Shown one piece after another: positions 1 through 13,047 of a stretch of DNA of 64,000 bases. The position numbers and the translations under genes were made by a program. How positions within the stretch are numbered: position 1 is the stretch's first letter; every line of letters begins with the position of its first letter. Source of the stretch: Lophium mytilinum (Eukaryota); the NCBI GenBank assembly GCA_010093605.1, contig MU004199.1, positions 682,001 to 746,000 on the forward strand, written 5' to 3'. The notes beneath the pieces were generated by a model. The model saw only the letters and a list, made by a program, of their open reading frames with translations. It made no database searches and had not been told where the DNA came from.

Positions 1-284
1 CTATGTACGTTCTCCCTGCAAATCTTGGAGCAAACCCGACGATTTCCCGGCAAATTCACCACCCTTCGTAGAACCGCCAACTAACGTGTCAATTCTAGAT
101 CCACTCATTTCCTTGATTCGTCAAGTACACTCGTTTATACCTCAGCCCTGACAGTACGTGTCCCGCACCTCAAACCTCGATATCCGCTAACTGTCAAAGA
201 CGTCCCCTCGGACGCGCCTCGAGATACCCTTCAACCATCCTAGACGGAACCTTTTTGCAGACTGTTTGATAATACTGATCCAAA

Positions 285-3200
285 ATGCGTCATTCCACCA
301 CGATATGGGCGGCGGCCCTTGCTATGGCCTCGATATCGGGACCACTGTTAGCTACCGCCGAGGCCATGCCGGCACCCCAGAAGACGGACAAACCACGGTA
401 CTACTTTCCCCGCAGCATCAAGCGCCAGATTGTCACCAATAGTACGGTTCCAGCAAGTTCAACCGTGTCTTCGTCTACCACGTCCGATCTGCCGGAATCT
501 CAACAAAAATTGAGCTCGAGGCAGGGTACGGGCTCCGGTTCCGACGACTTGACATCCTTCTTCGAGAGCTTGCTCAACAGCCCCTCCCAGTCGTCTTCCA
601 CCAGCTCGGGTCCAGCCACAACAACAGTGACGGAGGTCCACATACCGCTTGGAACTACGGTCTCGTCGAGTTGGTCGTCGAGCTCATCGTCCGTCTCGCT
701 GTATATCCCGCCGCCAGCAATTCCTGTAGATTCGTCCTCGAGCTCTACAGACTCCGCCGATTCTTCTACAACTTCTGACAGCGTCGACGCCACGACAACG
801 TCCTACGTCGCATCCACTGGAGCCTTCCCAAGCTCAATAGTCATCCCGACGTCAGCGCCCGATGTCAGCTCATCTGATGTATCGCCAAGCTCGATAGTCA
901 CCCCAACTTCTGCACCTGACGTTGCCTCTACGGGCGATATCCCGAGCATCATAGTTCTCCCGACTTCTCTGCCTGACATTGGCTCTACCGATCTTCTGCC
1001 CAGCTCGATAGTCATTCCCACTTCTCTGCCTGATGTGGGCTCTACTGGTCTATTGCCTAGCTCCATAGTCCTCCCGACTTCAGCACCGGATGCCAGCTCC
1101 ACTGATTCGTTGCCCAGCTCGATAGTCATCCCAACTTCTGCGCCTGACGTAGCCTCCACTGGCGACATCCCCAGCATCATAATTCTTCCGACTTCACTTC
1201 CCGATGTTGCCTCTACCGGTGATATTCCGAGCTCGATAGTTCTCCCAACTTTGGCATCAAGCCAGGAGGTGCCCCTTATCAAGACTGATACCTCATCAGA
1301 CGCTCCTACTTCCGCTCCGGACACTGGCGCCACGTCAACCGGTGTTCTCCCGTTGTTGTCAGCCCTTTTGCCTACTGTCTCATCGGACACTCCTACTTCA
1401 GCTCCGGACACTGGAGCTACGTCAACCGGGGCTCTCCCATTGTTGTCAGCCCTTTTGCCTACTGCCTCATCAGACACTCCCACTTCAGCTCCGGACACTG
1501 GCGCTACGTCAACCGGGGCTCTCCCATTGTTGTCAGCCCTTTTGCCTACTGCCTCATAAAACAACCCCACTTCAGCTCCGGACACTGGCGCTACGTCAAC
1601 CGGTGTTCTCCCATTGTTGTCAGTCCTTTTGCCTACTGCCTCGGATTCGCTCCAGCTTTTGCCTTCGTCGATCCCCGATATTATTGGATCGACTGGGCTT
1701 TTGCCGTCGATAGTTGTCTCTCCTACGACATCAGCGGACGCAGCTACGACGACTGACAGTGCTTCGGAGCCTACTGGCATCATCGTTGGCCTGACCACCG
1801 CTCTTGGAATCACGGATGTCCCAACCTCTACCGGCATTCCGGGCTTAACGTCTACGGATGACACGGCATCGCCCGAGGCCACTCCATCGATCATTGACCC
1901 GTTGGGCTCGATTCTCTCTTCCGCGGTTTCCGGTCTCCAATCTGTTCTTGACCCTACTGGCAGTGGTATTCTCCCTTCAGCCGGAGTGACTCCTACTGGC
2001 ACAGACAGCGGTCCAGTTACCACCGCCCCGTCAGACCCTCTTGCGAGCGTCCTCAGCTCCGTTGTCTCAGGCCTGACTAGCGCTGTAGGCAGCATTGTCG
2101 ATCCTCTTCCTTCTGGAATATCTAGCGTTGTGTCTGCTCTGACATCTGATGTTGCCACTTTGGTGCCGACATCAGCTCCGGACCTCTCCAGCTACCTTTC
2201 CAGTGGCCTTGGAGGAACAGCTCCGGTATCGAGCTTCTTCAGCAGCGTGGGAACCGGACTGGGCTCAATCCTCCCCACGCCAACAGCCAGTGTGGACATT
2301 CCTCTCACAAGCGACGTTTCCTCCTTGATCTCGTCTGTGGTCTCAGGCGTTACCACGTATCCTGGCACTGCTCCCACCGCTCCGGTCACTACATCGGATG
2401 TTTCGTCTCTGCCCGTCCCCACGTCTGTCCCAAGCGGAGTCTTCCCACCGTCGACTTCATCTGATGGGACTACATCCACAGCTGTTGGCACGGGTGTTGG
2501 CACCTCGGTCACTCCCTCCACCCCTGCTGACACCTCCGCTCCTTCATCTCTCCCGGTATCTGCTCCTTCATCTCTCCCGGTATCTGCTCCCCCGACTACC
2601 GCGAATGCAACAACGCCGGTGATCCCAGTGCCAATCACCTCAGCTACATCGCAAACCTACGTTGCTCCATCCGCGACCCCCGCTACCCCGACCTCGGTGC
2701 TCCCGGTGTTCACTCTGCCGCCACACACGATCTTGCCAACGGGGACAGACTCGGCTACTGCTTTCGTAGTACCAACCAGCATTGCTATGGAGCCGACGAC
2801 GGCCGGTGCACCTACTGCTAAGATGAGCGGAATGCCTTCCGGTATGCCACAGATCATTAGGCCCCCAGACGGAATAATCAAGCCTCAGCCAGCGAACACC
2901 ACGCTGTGCGAGTTTGGTTTCAAATGGCCCCTCAACTTCAACTTCGTCCTCACGTCTCAGGATGCGTCCAATCAACTCTTTGTCTACATACCTGAGGCTG
3001 TTGCTTACGCCATTGGGGTCTCGCCGGACCAAGTCGTCATGAGCACCCTGAAGCCCTACGACACCACTCGTTCCCTTGGGTTCGTTACGACTTTGGCGCT
3101 ATTCTACATTCCGAATGACCTGTTTGATGTGCTCTTGCCACAGATGAACAACCCACCTGACCTTCTGTGGAACAACAAGAATGACACTGTCAACGCGTTG

Positions 3201-3662
3201 ACGTCTCTTATCAACACCGGCATCCCTCTCCGGGCTGGCCCTCTCCCTGTTGATGGCAGCCCGACACAGTCAGGAGGCCCATCATCAACTGCCACCGGCG
3301 GCTATGGAGATGACGGACCGATGGGCAAGAATGAGAGCCAACCCGTCAAAGCGACCAGTGTCTACATCGGTCTTGGTGCCGTCGCCGGTGCTGCCGCATA
3401 TGGTGCTGCCATGTTCTTTGTCGCCCGCAGATACAGGAACAAGAGAGTTTCACATCAACGGGCTAGCTCTGTTCCAAGCGCCAGCAACCGTAACAGCGCC
3501 TCTCCTATGGGAGCTGCTTGGATGGCTGGAGGCCGTGGCGCGGGACGATCGACTCCTGGTGGTCGCGACAGCAGGGGCAGCGGAAGTAGCAACGGTCGAA
3601 GCGTGCGAACGCAGCAAATCTCTGCACCAGTGATGGCAGAAAACTCTCTCGGTTGGAATTAA
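285..3662 (+). CDS. MSB2: Msb2/Hkr1-like signalling mucin, interrupted in this sequence by an in-frame TAA at 1557-1559
   Basis: Signal peptide, then RYYFPRSIKRQ, a long S/T/P-rich repeat region and an HMH-like domain (FGFKWPLNFNFV...QLFVYIPEAVAYAIG...VVMSTLKPYDT). One TM helix (IGLGAVAGAAAYGAAMFFVARRYR) and C-terminal ISAPVMAENSLGWN. ORFs 285-1559 and 1614-3662 are in the same frame. Probable 5'UTR introns at about 5-98 and 154-199. Confidence 0.9.
820..1250 (+). repeat. Coding tandem repeat of ~60 bp (20 aa, SSIVIPTSAPDVASTGDIP-like), about 7 copies
   Basis: Recurrent ccagctcgatagtcatcccgacttc-like units at ~60-nt spacing. Confidence 0.85.
1293..1645 (+). repeat. Coding tandem repeat of 87 bp (29 aa, SSDTPTSAPDTGATSTGALPLLSALLPTA), about 4 copies
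   Basis: Near-identical gctccggacactgg...ttgtcagcccttttgcctactg units. Confidence 0.9.
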
Positions 3663-4679
3663 ATCCAGCTCTGAGCCTTTTCCTTTGGACGACAACGGAT
3701 AGCTTGCACTACCCTATACACGAGGCCATGTGTACTGTATTATATTTAGCTCGGACGGGGCATTGGACGAGCACCGATGTATCTTGATTTTCCTTTCATG
3801 TCTGGGACGTCTCCGCCATACTCTTGCAGCCTGTTTCAGGGCATTGCATCAGTCCTGGCTATCCCACACACCTCCCTCGCGAAAAGCTAGTCGCGCCGGA
3901 GGACTTCCTAGTACTTTTGTGCATCGATGCGATTTACCCACCATCCAAGCCCAGCCTGCCAAGGTGGCGACTGCGGTTTCGGAATCAGATAAATTTTCCT
4001 TTCACACTCTCACTCAAATCAAAGCCTCTACCTCTCATAGCACTTTTTATTGGTCCTCTTTTCAGATCACATTTCCCTTGATGGTGTTGCACTTTCACTT
4101 CTTAGATACCTGTCTCGGCCGGCTCACGGTGCGAACGACCAGACAATTTTTTTTCCAGGGGATGAGCGATTGTGGGGCATCTTGCTACATTGTGTGTTTA
4201 TGGCTGGAGAGCTGTGGTGGGCGGTGAGGATGGTGGTGGAGATGGAGGTGGCAGCCCTCACGTATATAAAATGTGGGGGAGAGTCAAAAGGAAATGCTCA
4301 CTTACAATCTGTGGTCCTTTTATGTGTGATGTAATGATTGATATCTAGCCCCATACCGTAATTTAACCAGCCGTTTATCGATCCATAGACTGTTGACCGT
4401 ACCTGATGCCCTCCAGACTCCGTGATATTGAAAGCGCGCTAGCGGCCTTGGCGTTTCCGGGGTCTAAAGGTGGCTTCAACACGACCGCCCTCGTTATTGA
4501 CTGAAATACTTCGAACAATTGTCCCGCCCCACGCACGACCTCCGCGCCCTTGAAAACTTCGTAGAGGACTCCCGAAGTTCCCTATCCGCTGCGTGGACCC
4601 TCGAAATTCCTGTCCGCGGTACCTGGTCCGGCCACCTCGAGGTCTCGTCTCTCCACAAACCCCACCGTGAGCCGCGACG

Positions 4680-7600
4680 ATGCGCTTAGACGTCAAGAGG
4701 CAATTGTTTGCGAGGTCGGAGAGGGTCAAAGGTGCGCCTTCCCCTCAGTGCTGCTTACTTATAGCTCACGCGCTGACACTGTAATATAGGAATCGGTAAA
4801 GCTCAAAGGAACTTATAGCTAAACGAGCTGGTCGACTGATCATATCCCTAGATTTCCACCCTACCGAGCCATGGATCCTTACGACGTTGTACAGCGGTAT
4901 GTTAAGGATATAAGGAGATGCGGTGGTGTGGGGTTACGGGAGTGCTGACGGGGGAGTAGGACACTGCCATATTTGGTCGTTTGCGACGCAGCAGATTGTG
5001 CGGACGTTTGAGCTTACCGATGTTCCTGTACGAGCGGGACGGTTCATTGCGCGGAAGAATTGGATTGTGGCTGGTGAGTTTGGGGATGTGATATGGAGGG
5101 ATTGCTTGGCTGACACTGGAGTACAGGCTCCGATGACTTTCAGTTGAGGGTACGTGAATTCGGCGCGGGATTGGGGGGATACTTGGGAGTATGAGTGTTG
5201 GGATGTGGCTGACGGCGTGGGATAGGTGTACAACTACAACACGGGAGAGAGAGTGACGGCCTTTGAGGCCCATCCGGATTGTGAGTGGAACCACTCAATT
5301 GGAACTTGGGCAGGTTTGCTAATCTGCACCAGATATTCGTGCTATTGTGGTCCATCCTACACAGGTATTTACTGGAGATTCTAGGATTTTAACTCGTACT
5401 GACTTCCAAAGCCTTTCGTTCTCACAGCTTCAGATGAGTAGGTTCATTCCCGCCAAACCGTGATTTGCAACACTAACAAATTTGTAGCATGCTAATCAAG
5501 CTCTGGAATTGGGACCTGGGCTGGAAATGCGTGCAAGTCTTCGAAGGCCACTCTCACTATGTTATGGGCCTCGCCATCAACCCCAAGGACCCCAACACCT
5601 TCGCCTCCGCCTGTCTAGATCGTACGGTCAAGATATGGTCGCTGGGAAGCTCAACGCCAAACTTCTCGCTCGAGGCACACGACACCAAGGGCGTGAACCA
5701 CGTCGACTACTACCCCCAATCCGACAAACCATACCTCCTCACCACCTCAGACGACCGCACCATCAAGATCTGGGATTACACATCGAAGGCGTTGATTGCG
5801 ACATTGGAGGGCCACACGTCGAATGTGTCGTTTGCGTGCTATCATCCCGAACTGCCTGTTATAATATCGGGCTCGGAAGACGGAACGGTCAAGATCTGGC
5901 ACGCCAATACGTACAGGCTAGAACAGTCTCTCAACTATGGATTGGAGCGCGCGTGGTGTGTATCGTATCAGAGAGGCAAAAATGGCATCGCGTTTGGCTT
6001 TGATGACGGCGCTGTTGTAGTCACGATGGGACGGGAAGAGCCTGCTGTCAGCATGTGAGTCGGACTGCTTCCATCCTATGATCTTTAAAGCTAACTGATT
6101 TGACAGGGATGGATCCGGAAAGGTCATCTGGGCGCGGCATAACGAGATTCTCACTGCTGTTATCAAGGGAAATGAGAAGCTGAAGGATGCTGAGACTCTC
6201 ACTCTACCGACTAAGGACCTGGGATCAACAGAAATGTGCGTATCTATCTTCGCTGGGGGTATGTGGTTTTGCTAATGAGATACAGTTATCCGCAATCACT
6301 AATACATTCTCCCAATGGCCGTTTCGTCGCTGTCTGTGGTGATGGCGAGTACATCATCTACACGGCTCTTGCGTTGCGGAACCAGGCGTTCGGCTCTGCT
6401 TTGGACTTCTGCTGGGCTTCTAAGGAGCACGACAAGGATTATGCGATTCGCGAATCTGGCACGAGTGTAAAGGTATAGTGTTCTTGATTCTGTCTTGCTG
6501 AAAATTTTCGGTTTGATTTACTAACATGATCAGATCTTCCGAAACTTCAAAGAGCGAAGCGTGCTAAACGTGGGATACTCTGCGGATGGCTTAAGCGGTG
6601 GTGTTCTCTTGGGAGTCAAGGGCCAGGGAGGAATTGGTCTTTTTGACTGGTAAGTCGAGCCATTACTATGCATGATTTGGCTGATCTAGATACAGGGATA
6701 CTGGTGCTCTTGTCCGCCGCATCGAGGTTGAGCCTAAGAGTGTGTACTGGTCTGAGAGTGGCGAACTATGCACCCTCGCATGCGAGGACACCTTCTACGT
6801 TCTCCGCTACTCGCGCGAAGACTATCTAGCCGCCGTACAGTCCGGAGAGGTCGACGAGGATGGCGCCGAGTCCGCATTCGAAGTTGTCTGCGACATCAAC
6901 GAGAGCGTCCGAACCGGACAGTGGGTTGGAGATTGCTTCGTCTACACCAACAACACCAACCGCCTCAACTACCTAGTCGGCGACCAAACATACACTATTT
7001 CGCACTTCGACTCTCCCCACTACGTCCTCGGCTACCTCCCCCGTGACTCCCGCATCTACGTCGCTGACAAGGACGTCAACGTCGTCTCCTTTGCCCTCTC
7101 CCTCGCCGTGGTCGAGTACCAAACCCTCGTCCTCCGAGGCGACCTCGACGCCGCCGAAGCCATCCTCGACTCGGTCCCCGCCGACCAAAACAACAAAATC
7201 GCCCGCTTCCTCGAAGGCCAAGGCTACAAAGAACTCGCCCTAAAAGTCGCCACCGACCCGGAGCACCGCTTCGACCTCGCCCTGGCCCTCGGCGACCTCG
7301 ACATCGCGCAAACCCTCGCGCGCGAGCAGGACACGGAGCACAAGTGGAAAACCGTTGGCGACGCCGCCCTCGCCGCGTGGGACGTCGCCCTCGCGCGAGA
7401 GTGCTTCCAGCACGCGAAGGATCTCGGCAGCTTGCTCCTCGTGCTCTCCGCGACGGCTGATACCGACGGGCTCCGCCAACTCGCCGAGCTCGCGCAGGAC
7501 GCGACGGCGAACAATGTCGCGTTTGCGGCGCTGTGGCAGCTGCAGGATATCGAGGCTTGCGCGGCGCTGCTGACGAAGACGGGGCGGTGGGCTGAGGCGG

Positions 7601-7896
7601 TGTTGTTTGCGCAGACGTATATGCCGTCGAACCTGCCGGCGATTGCGAAGGAGTGGAAGGCGCAGCTGGAGCGGGAGGGGAAGGGGAAGGTGGGAAGGAC
7701 GTTGGGGGTGCCGGGGGAGGATGAGGAGATGTTTCCTGAGTTTGAGGAGTGGGTGCGGTTGGAGAAGAGTGGGGGCGCGGTGGAGGATTTGATTGAGGTC
7801 GGGGGCGAGGGGGAGGAGGAGGATCAGGGGGTTCCTGAGGAGGAGGTCGAGGTGGAGGAGGAGGCGGGGGAGGAGGTTGATGGGGAGGAGGCGTAG
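4680..7896 (+). CDS. SEC27: Coatomer beta' subunit (WD40), about 13 exons
   Basis: Spliced start [35 protein letters not shown], then [33 protein letters not shown] and [13 protein letters not shown], ending in an acidic tail. About 12 GT-AG introns with branch points. Confidence 0.97.
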
Positions 7897-8843
7897 GGGG
7901 GGCGTGTGTGTGTTGATTGATTGGGGGAGGGGAAGGGGGGTTTCTGGTTAATGTAGACATGAGTAGGCGAAAGGAAAAGGGTTTTATGATTTGATTTTGG
8001 TGTTTGATGGTGTGGATGTCGCTGATGAGGCAGGGAGCTGGGTGTGCTTTGACTGGGTGGAGCCTGGCGGGCTGAGGGACTCCATGCGGTGGTTCGGGGG
8101 GAGCAAGAGAGGAGTATAAGATTTGCTTTGTCGCTGATGGGGTATGTGATTCTTTACGTACGAGGTGGAGGTCAATCGATGAGGAAGTGGACTATCTCTC
8201 AACTCCCTGGATACGTGCTGGCGGGGGCACTCAAGCGGTGGTAGGTATTGGGTGATCAAAAGCGGAGCCCGAGCAGTGAGATAGTTGGGATTGCGGCACG
8301 AAATGCTATCGTAAAACGTTTCCAGGTCATAGCGACAACGCATCTCCTAAAGGCGTGAAGAGGTGAGATAGTTCAGGTAAGCTCAGATCCGAGAAGGAAG
8401 CCGGTGTGTACGCCCATAACCAATTGGGGACTTTGCAGTTTGGCCTATGGGCCCGCTTCTCCATCCTACGGAGTTGTTCCTTCGCAGCTTGTAGTTTGCT
8501 GTCAGGCCTCTTCAGGCCCGCTTCGATGAGCTGTGTGTTCGAACCGTGGGGCCAATTGGTTTTTGATTTTGGGGATTTTTACTTTTGCATTTGGAGTTCT
8601 ATCTTAACTTTGATCAGCGGCTCTTTAGGAGGGCCCGAGTAATCGGACGATGATGGCGGCGGATTCACTGTGACCAGGCAAACGCTGAATATAATGTTCC
8701 TATTTGCAATGTCTTACCAAAAGCATGGACAAGGCCGGTTGCTATTGTTTGGGGGACCTTGAAAGGTTCTAAACTCCAAGACGTGATGTAAATGGTGAGA
8801 GAACGGAAGCGAAAAGCACATTCACTGTGGTCAACACTGTTTC

Positions 8844-8861
8844 ACCGGTCACGTGACCGGT
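8844..8861. promoter_or_regulatory. Perfect 18-bp palindrome ACCGGTCACGTGACCGGT with E-box core
   Basis: Self-complementary, contains TCACGTGA, about 100 bp upstream of ATG 8964. Confidence 0.5.
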
Positions 8862-8963
8862 CACCTTTGGGACTGCACGATAAAGTCTTCCTATTAGCAC
8901 CCCCTTTCTCAACCACCAACCAATAGATCATACTCACTACGACCAGCTACACAAACTACCACA

Positions 8964-9636
8964 ATGCTCATCACCCGTCTGACTACGGTCTTCTCTCTCA
9001 GTCTCCTCACTAGCGGCCTAGCTCACGAAGCGAGTCCCTCGAAGACCAAAGGCTGGTCGTGGTTTGGTATGTCTCTTACCGTTTCGAATGGAGCAAATCC
9101 ATCTCGTAAGTCTTTCTTTCTTCCACTCACATTCTAGACTAATGATCCCCTCAGCCTATCCAAAACTCTCTGTGTCGGCGTCATACCCTACGACTACTCC
9201 CGCTGCCACTCACTCAGGGGCGGAGGAAGATCGGCAAAAGAGCTACGGCGATGGATCTAGCTTCACTTCCAAAGGGGCAACCTACTGGGACCCGGCTAAT
9301 ACCCAACCCCCCGTCAACGATGAATCGGAAGCAGAGGGCAAAACGCAAAAAGAAGATACGCCCCTTCAACAAGATCCGCGAAAGGGGTCCCAGAATGCCA
9401 TCCCCGCATCATCCATGAGCCCAGAGCTGGTCGACGCGATGCGTATCGTGCAGCAGGATGTCGGTCTGCTGATCCCTGCAATCGACGAAGCCAAGCGTGT
9501 GCAGAAGCAGCGCGAGGAGGGAAACGTGTGGCTTTCCGTGTTAGAGACGGATATGGAGTTGCGGGAGCGACAGGCGAGACTATCAAAGTCGTTGAAGGTG
9601 GCGTATGAGCTGCTTCGGAAGGAGAGGGACGGTTGA
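8964..9636 (+). CDS. Small hypothetical secreted protein with C-terminal coiled-coil-like helix (2 exons)
   Basis: ACAATG start and signal-peptide-like MLITRLTTVFSLSLLTSGLA. Intron gtaagt(9106)...ctaat...tcag(9154) joins in frame to ORF 9064-9636. Confidence 0.7.
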
Positions 9637-10520
9637 TGGGACTGTGCTGTCTTCTGCTTTTCATAATGGCGGGCTTAGCGGGAGTTGCGGAGTTCTTTGA
9701 TGGCTTTGGTTTCGGCGATAGGACCATTACGATGGATTGGGAGAGATGTAGGTCCTTTGCGGGGAGCTGTTCGTGCGGAACGTTGCTCCTATTTAGAGCT
9801 ATTTAAAGGTTCATTGACTTGATATATTCTTTCGATACCAATTGAAGCTAGTTGAAAGAAAAGACATGCAATTGAGGCAGGCGATGGCGTAACTGTTGGA
9901 TGAAAAAGGACGCCCCGCCTAAGATTAGGGGGACCGGAAAATAAGCGACATTATATACTCCAACAGTAACAACGCGGCGACTCAAGGAGATGAATCTAGA
10001 GAGAATTCAGTACTACACATGAGTTTGGGCGCTCTGTTCATCTGCTTTGTACCATAGTATCTTCATTGAATTTTGCACGTGACCAGAGCTGATCAATCAA
10101 ACCAGTGAGGTCACTTGGCCGAAAACTAACTAAGAACACTGTGCCACACTCGGTCAATTAGTATTGCATTTTGAAACGGCATAATAGCAGAATGTCTGAC
10201 CCTTAACAGTCGATATCTTGATTAGTAATGTCTTCGGCCTTTAGCGATCGACCCGGGATTAATGGGGCATCCCAGAGTTCCATTCCTAATGGTCAATGTA
10301 CTACAAGACTAATACTCAATACAGTATACGCTGACCTGGATCTAGCTTGGGAGTTCTATATCATGCGGTGTAACCCGGAATTGGTAAAGCAGGCAACTGC
10401 CCGAGCTTTCACAACCTCGAGTACCTAGGTATTCGAAGACTTCGCCCCACACACCAGCACTCTCTCGTCGCCGCCTTTCCTAGAGAAGAAAAGTGAGCAA
10501 CGTCCGCACTGACTCAGCAA

Positions 10521-12303
10521 ATGGAGATGGCAATGACAACTGCGAAGCCAAGTTGTGAGACCTGCCGAGGTGGGACAAGCCCCTGAAGTGGAACAAACGA
10601 TGAATCTAACGGTGTTGAATGTAGAACATGAGATTCACCTTGATCGCATCACTGAAGCGTCCGCAAAGTGCGTTCCACGAAAACAGCAGTCCAAGGTTTT
10701 TTCCAGCCTTCGACTGTCGTGGCCAAAGGCTAGCGACCGTAGACGCGCCATCGTTGGAAAGTCACCGTTGTATGCACCGCCACAAAGGAAAAAGGCCCAC
10801 TACCCCCCGGAATCAAGGATGGTTCATGTGTCACACGAGGATGTTGAGATGCACTATCATTTCGCAAACTCGGTACCAAATGGTGAGGCGCCCCATCAAG
10901 CGTGCTTGCCGAACTTAAGAAAAGTAGACCGTGGTGTCATTAACACGTTATAGAGTCCGCCCTGCCACAGTTACACATACCGATGGTATGGAATCCGTCA
11001 ACATTGCAGGTTGGGAACAAAGACCTATTCCAGTACTGTGGGTTCATACCCCCCTTTCCAGCGTTGCCAGCACAACTCCACATCTTCTGGGGCTGATAAA
11101 GCTAGTTCAATGCGCCGCCTCGCAATCTCTCACCGTTTTTGGCCACAACCCTACAAATCTAGGCAATGCAATTATTCGGATTGCTCTGGCGAGTAACACG
11201 ACCTCTGCTACAGCAGTGCTCCAGTCGCTTCTCGCCTTTTCGTCGCTACATCGCCATAATGTTCAATCGCAGGCTACAGAGCTCAAGATCTCCGCTCTGA
11301 AGGCCCTAGCAGCTGCATCCGGGGACCATGTTGGCACTAAGGAAGCAATTCAGCATGTTGCCGCAGGGATGCTGTTGTGTTCTTTCGAGGTCAATACCAA
11401 CCCTAGCCGCGGCGCTGTACATTTAGAACGTACTGAACTAGTCCATTAGATCCATCAAGCAGCCTGCACCTCGAGCCAATGGACGTGGTATCTTCGTGGT
11501 GTCAAAAACGTCATCAGGGCTGCCGGCCTCGACAAATCCCACCAGGATAGCGATTTGGCTATTCTATTGGATTGGGTGTACTACCACGATGTATTAGCAC
11601 GCTTCACCCTACGGCACTGGCACAACGAAACTAGAGAGTTTACGGGAATTGTTACATCGACCTCCTCATGTGTCCGTGCAGAAGTGAGTATGCAGAGCTA
11701 GCTAGCAGGGATCACTTTCTGACACGTAAGTAGGCTTCCCATACGGCCCCGCCCGCTTTTGCTACTATAGACCTGCTATTAGAACTGTGCGATGCAGTAT
11801 CTGCAAGACCACCAGCTGTAACGCCTGCGGAAAACCTAGCTGACCACAAAAGCTACTTGAAGATACTCGACTGGAGAATCAGGAGCAATCCAGTGGTAGT
11901 CACTGTCGACGATAATGCAGATACGCCATTGATGATGGAATTGTACCAGCTGGCCATGCTAGTGTACCTCAATCGAGCGTCCGGGAATGTGCTTAATCAG
12001 GCTACTAGGACACAGCAGCAGATCGACAAGGCCTTCACTATATTCTCCCAGATGGGTTCGTGTGACCGGCAGTTTCCCGTCTTCGTTTTGGGCTGCGAAG
12101 CACGGAGGGATGACCAACGGGCGGTGGTCCTCGATCTCATCGCTAGGACCGAAAACAATGTCTCTTCCCGATCGTTCAATTATGTCAAGATTTTGATGCA
12201 AGCAATCTGGGCCCAAGATGACCTTGCTGAACGGGATGTCAATTATTGGGATAAGATGAGCTATGTAATTAGCTGCTGCTCAATTGTACCTACCTTTGTC
12301 TAG
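10521..12303 (+). CDS. Fungal-specific transcription factor (Fungal_trans_2-type C-terminal domain) with degenerate Zn2Cys6 N-terminus
   Basis: Spliced frame SCETCR...LRLSWPKASDRRRAIVG...DLFQYFQCAAS...AVLQSLLAFSSLHR...AAGMLLCSFE...LLDWVYYHDVLARF...ELYQLAMLVYL...FPVFVLGCEA. Introns at about 10570-10624, 10883-10953, 11038-11105, 11390-11449 and 11684-11733. Confidence 0.85.
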
Positions 12304-13047
12304 TCGTATTGCACGGAATGGATAGACTGTGCATCTCAGATTACAGCGCTATCTACGAACCTTGAAGGCATGGAGGATTCTTGACGAGTCTAGGTTTCCC
12401 GGTGGGCCTGTGCTTAGGTTTGAATCAGTTGCGAGTGTCGACCCACCCATCAACATACGAAGAAACGGCAAGAAGAGCGTTCCGCCTTGCTCCGTTGACT
12501 GAAACTCTGAAACCGGCGAGGCACTAGTAGTTGCTAGGTTGAGACGCGGCTCGGTTAGGGTCTCGCTAAATGACACTAAAGAGGAATGGCCGCATGCAAG
12601 TAAGACTGAAAACCAGAGTTTGGGCAACTACAGGGATTACCTATATGCAAGTGTAGAGGGAGCGAAGAAAATGGGCAACTGTGAACAAGACAAAACCATC
12701 GACAAAGTGCATCATGCGAGATGCCGCTGAGTAAAACTCGGAGTTAAGACAGCGGGTAGAAGCCTAGATTAGCTGTAATCTACCGGTATTCCGGGCACCT
12801 GCTTATGCAGGTGCGACCCCGATTCAGATTTTGGGCAACTATCAGGTAAGTATGTAGTTACCAAGCATCAAGGAGGTCAACCGGGGATGGCGCTAGTAAG
12901 ATCCCGAGCGCCAAAAGAGTAAATATCAGGCGATAGCATTTCCTTCTAGTCGTCCAAATATTATCTACCTTTCATTTTGAAGCACAAGCAATCCACAGAC
13001 CTAGCACGCAGACAGCTTACTATTGCTTCGGAGTCAAGTCTTTCAAA

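Noticed and set aside
803..2638. Long antisense ORFs over the mucin gene
   Set aside because: Shadow frames of repetitive S/T/P codons.
7076..7960. 294-aa proline-rich antisense ORF (similar ones at 24184-25068 and 58635-59855)
   Set aside because: Produced by the G/C skew of the real gene on the opposite strand.
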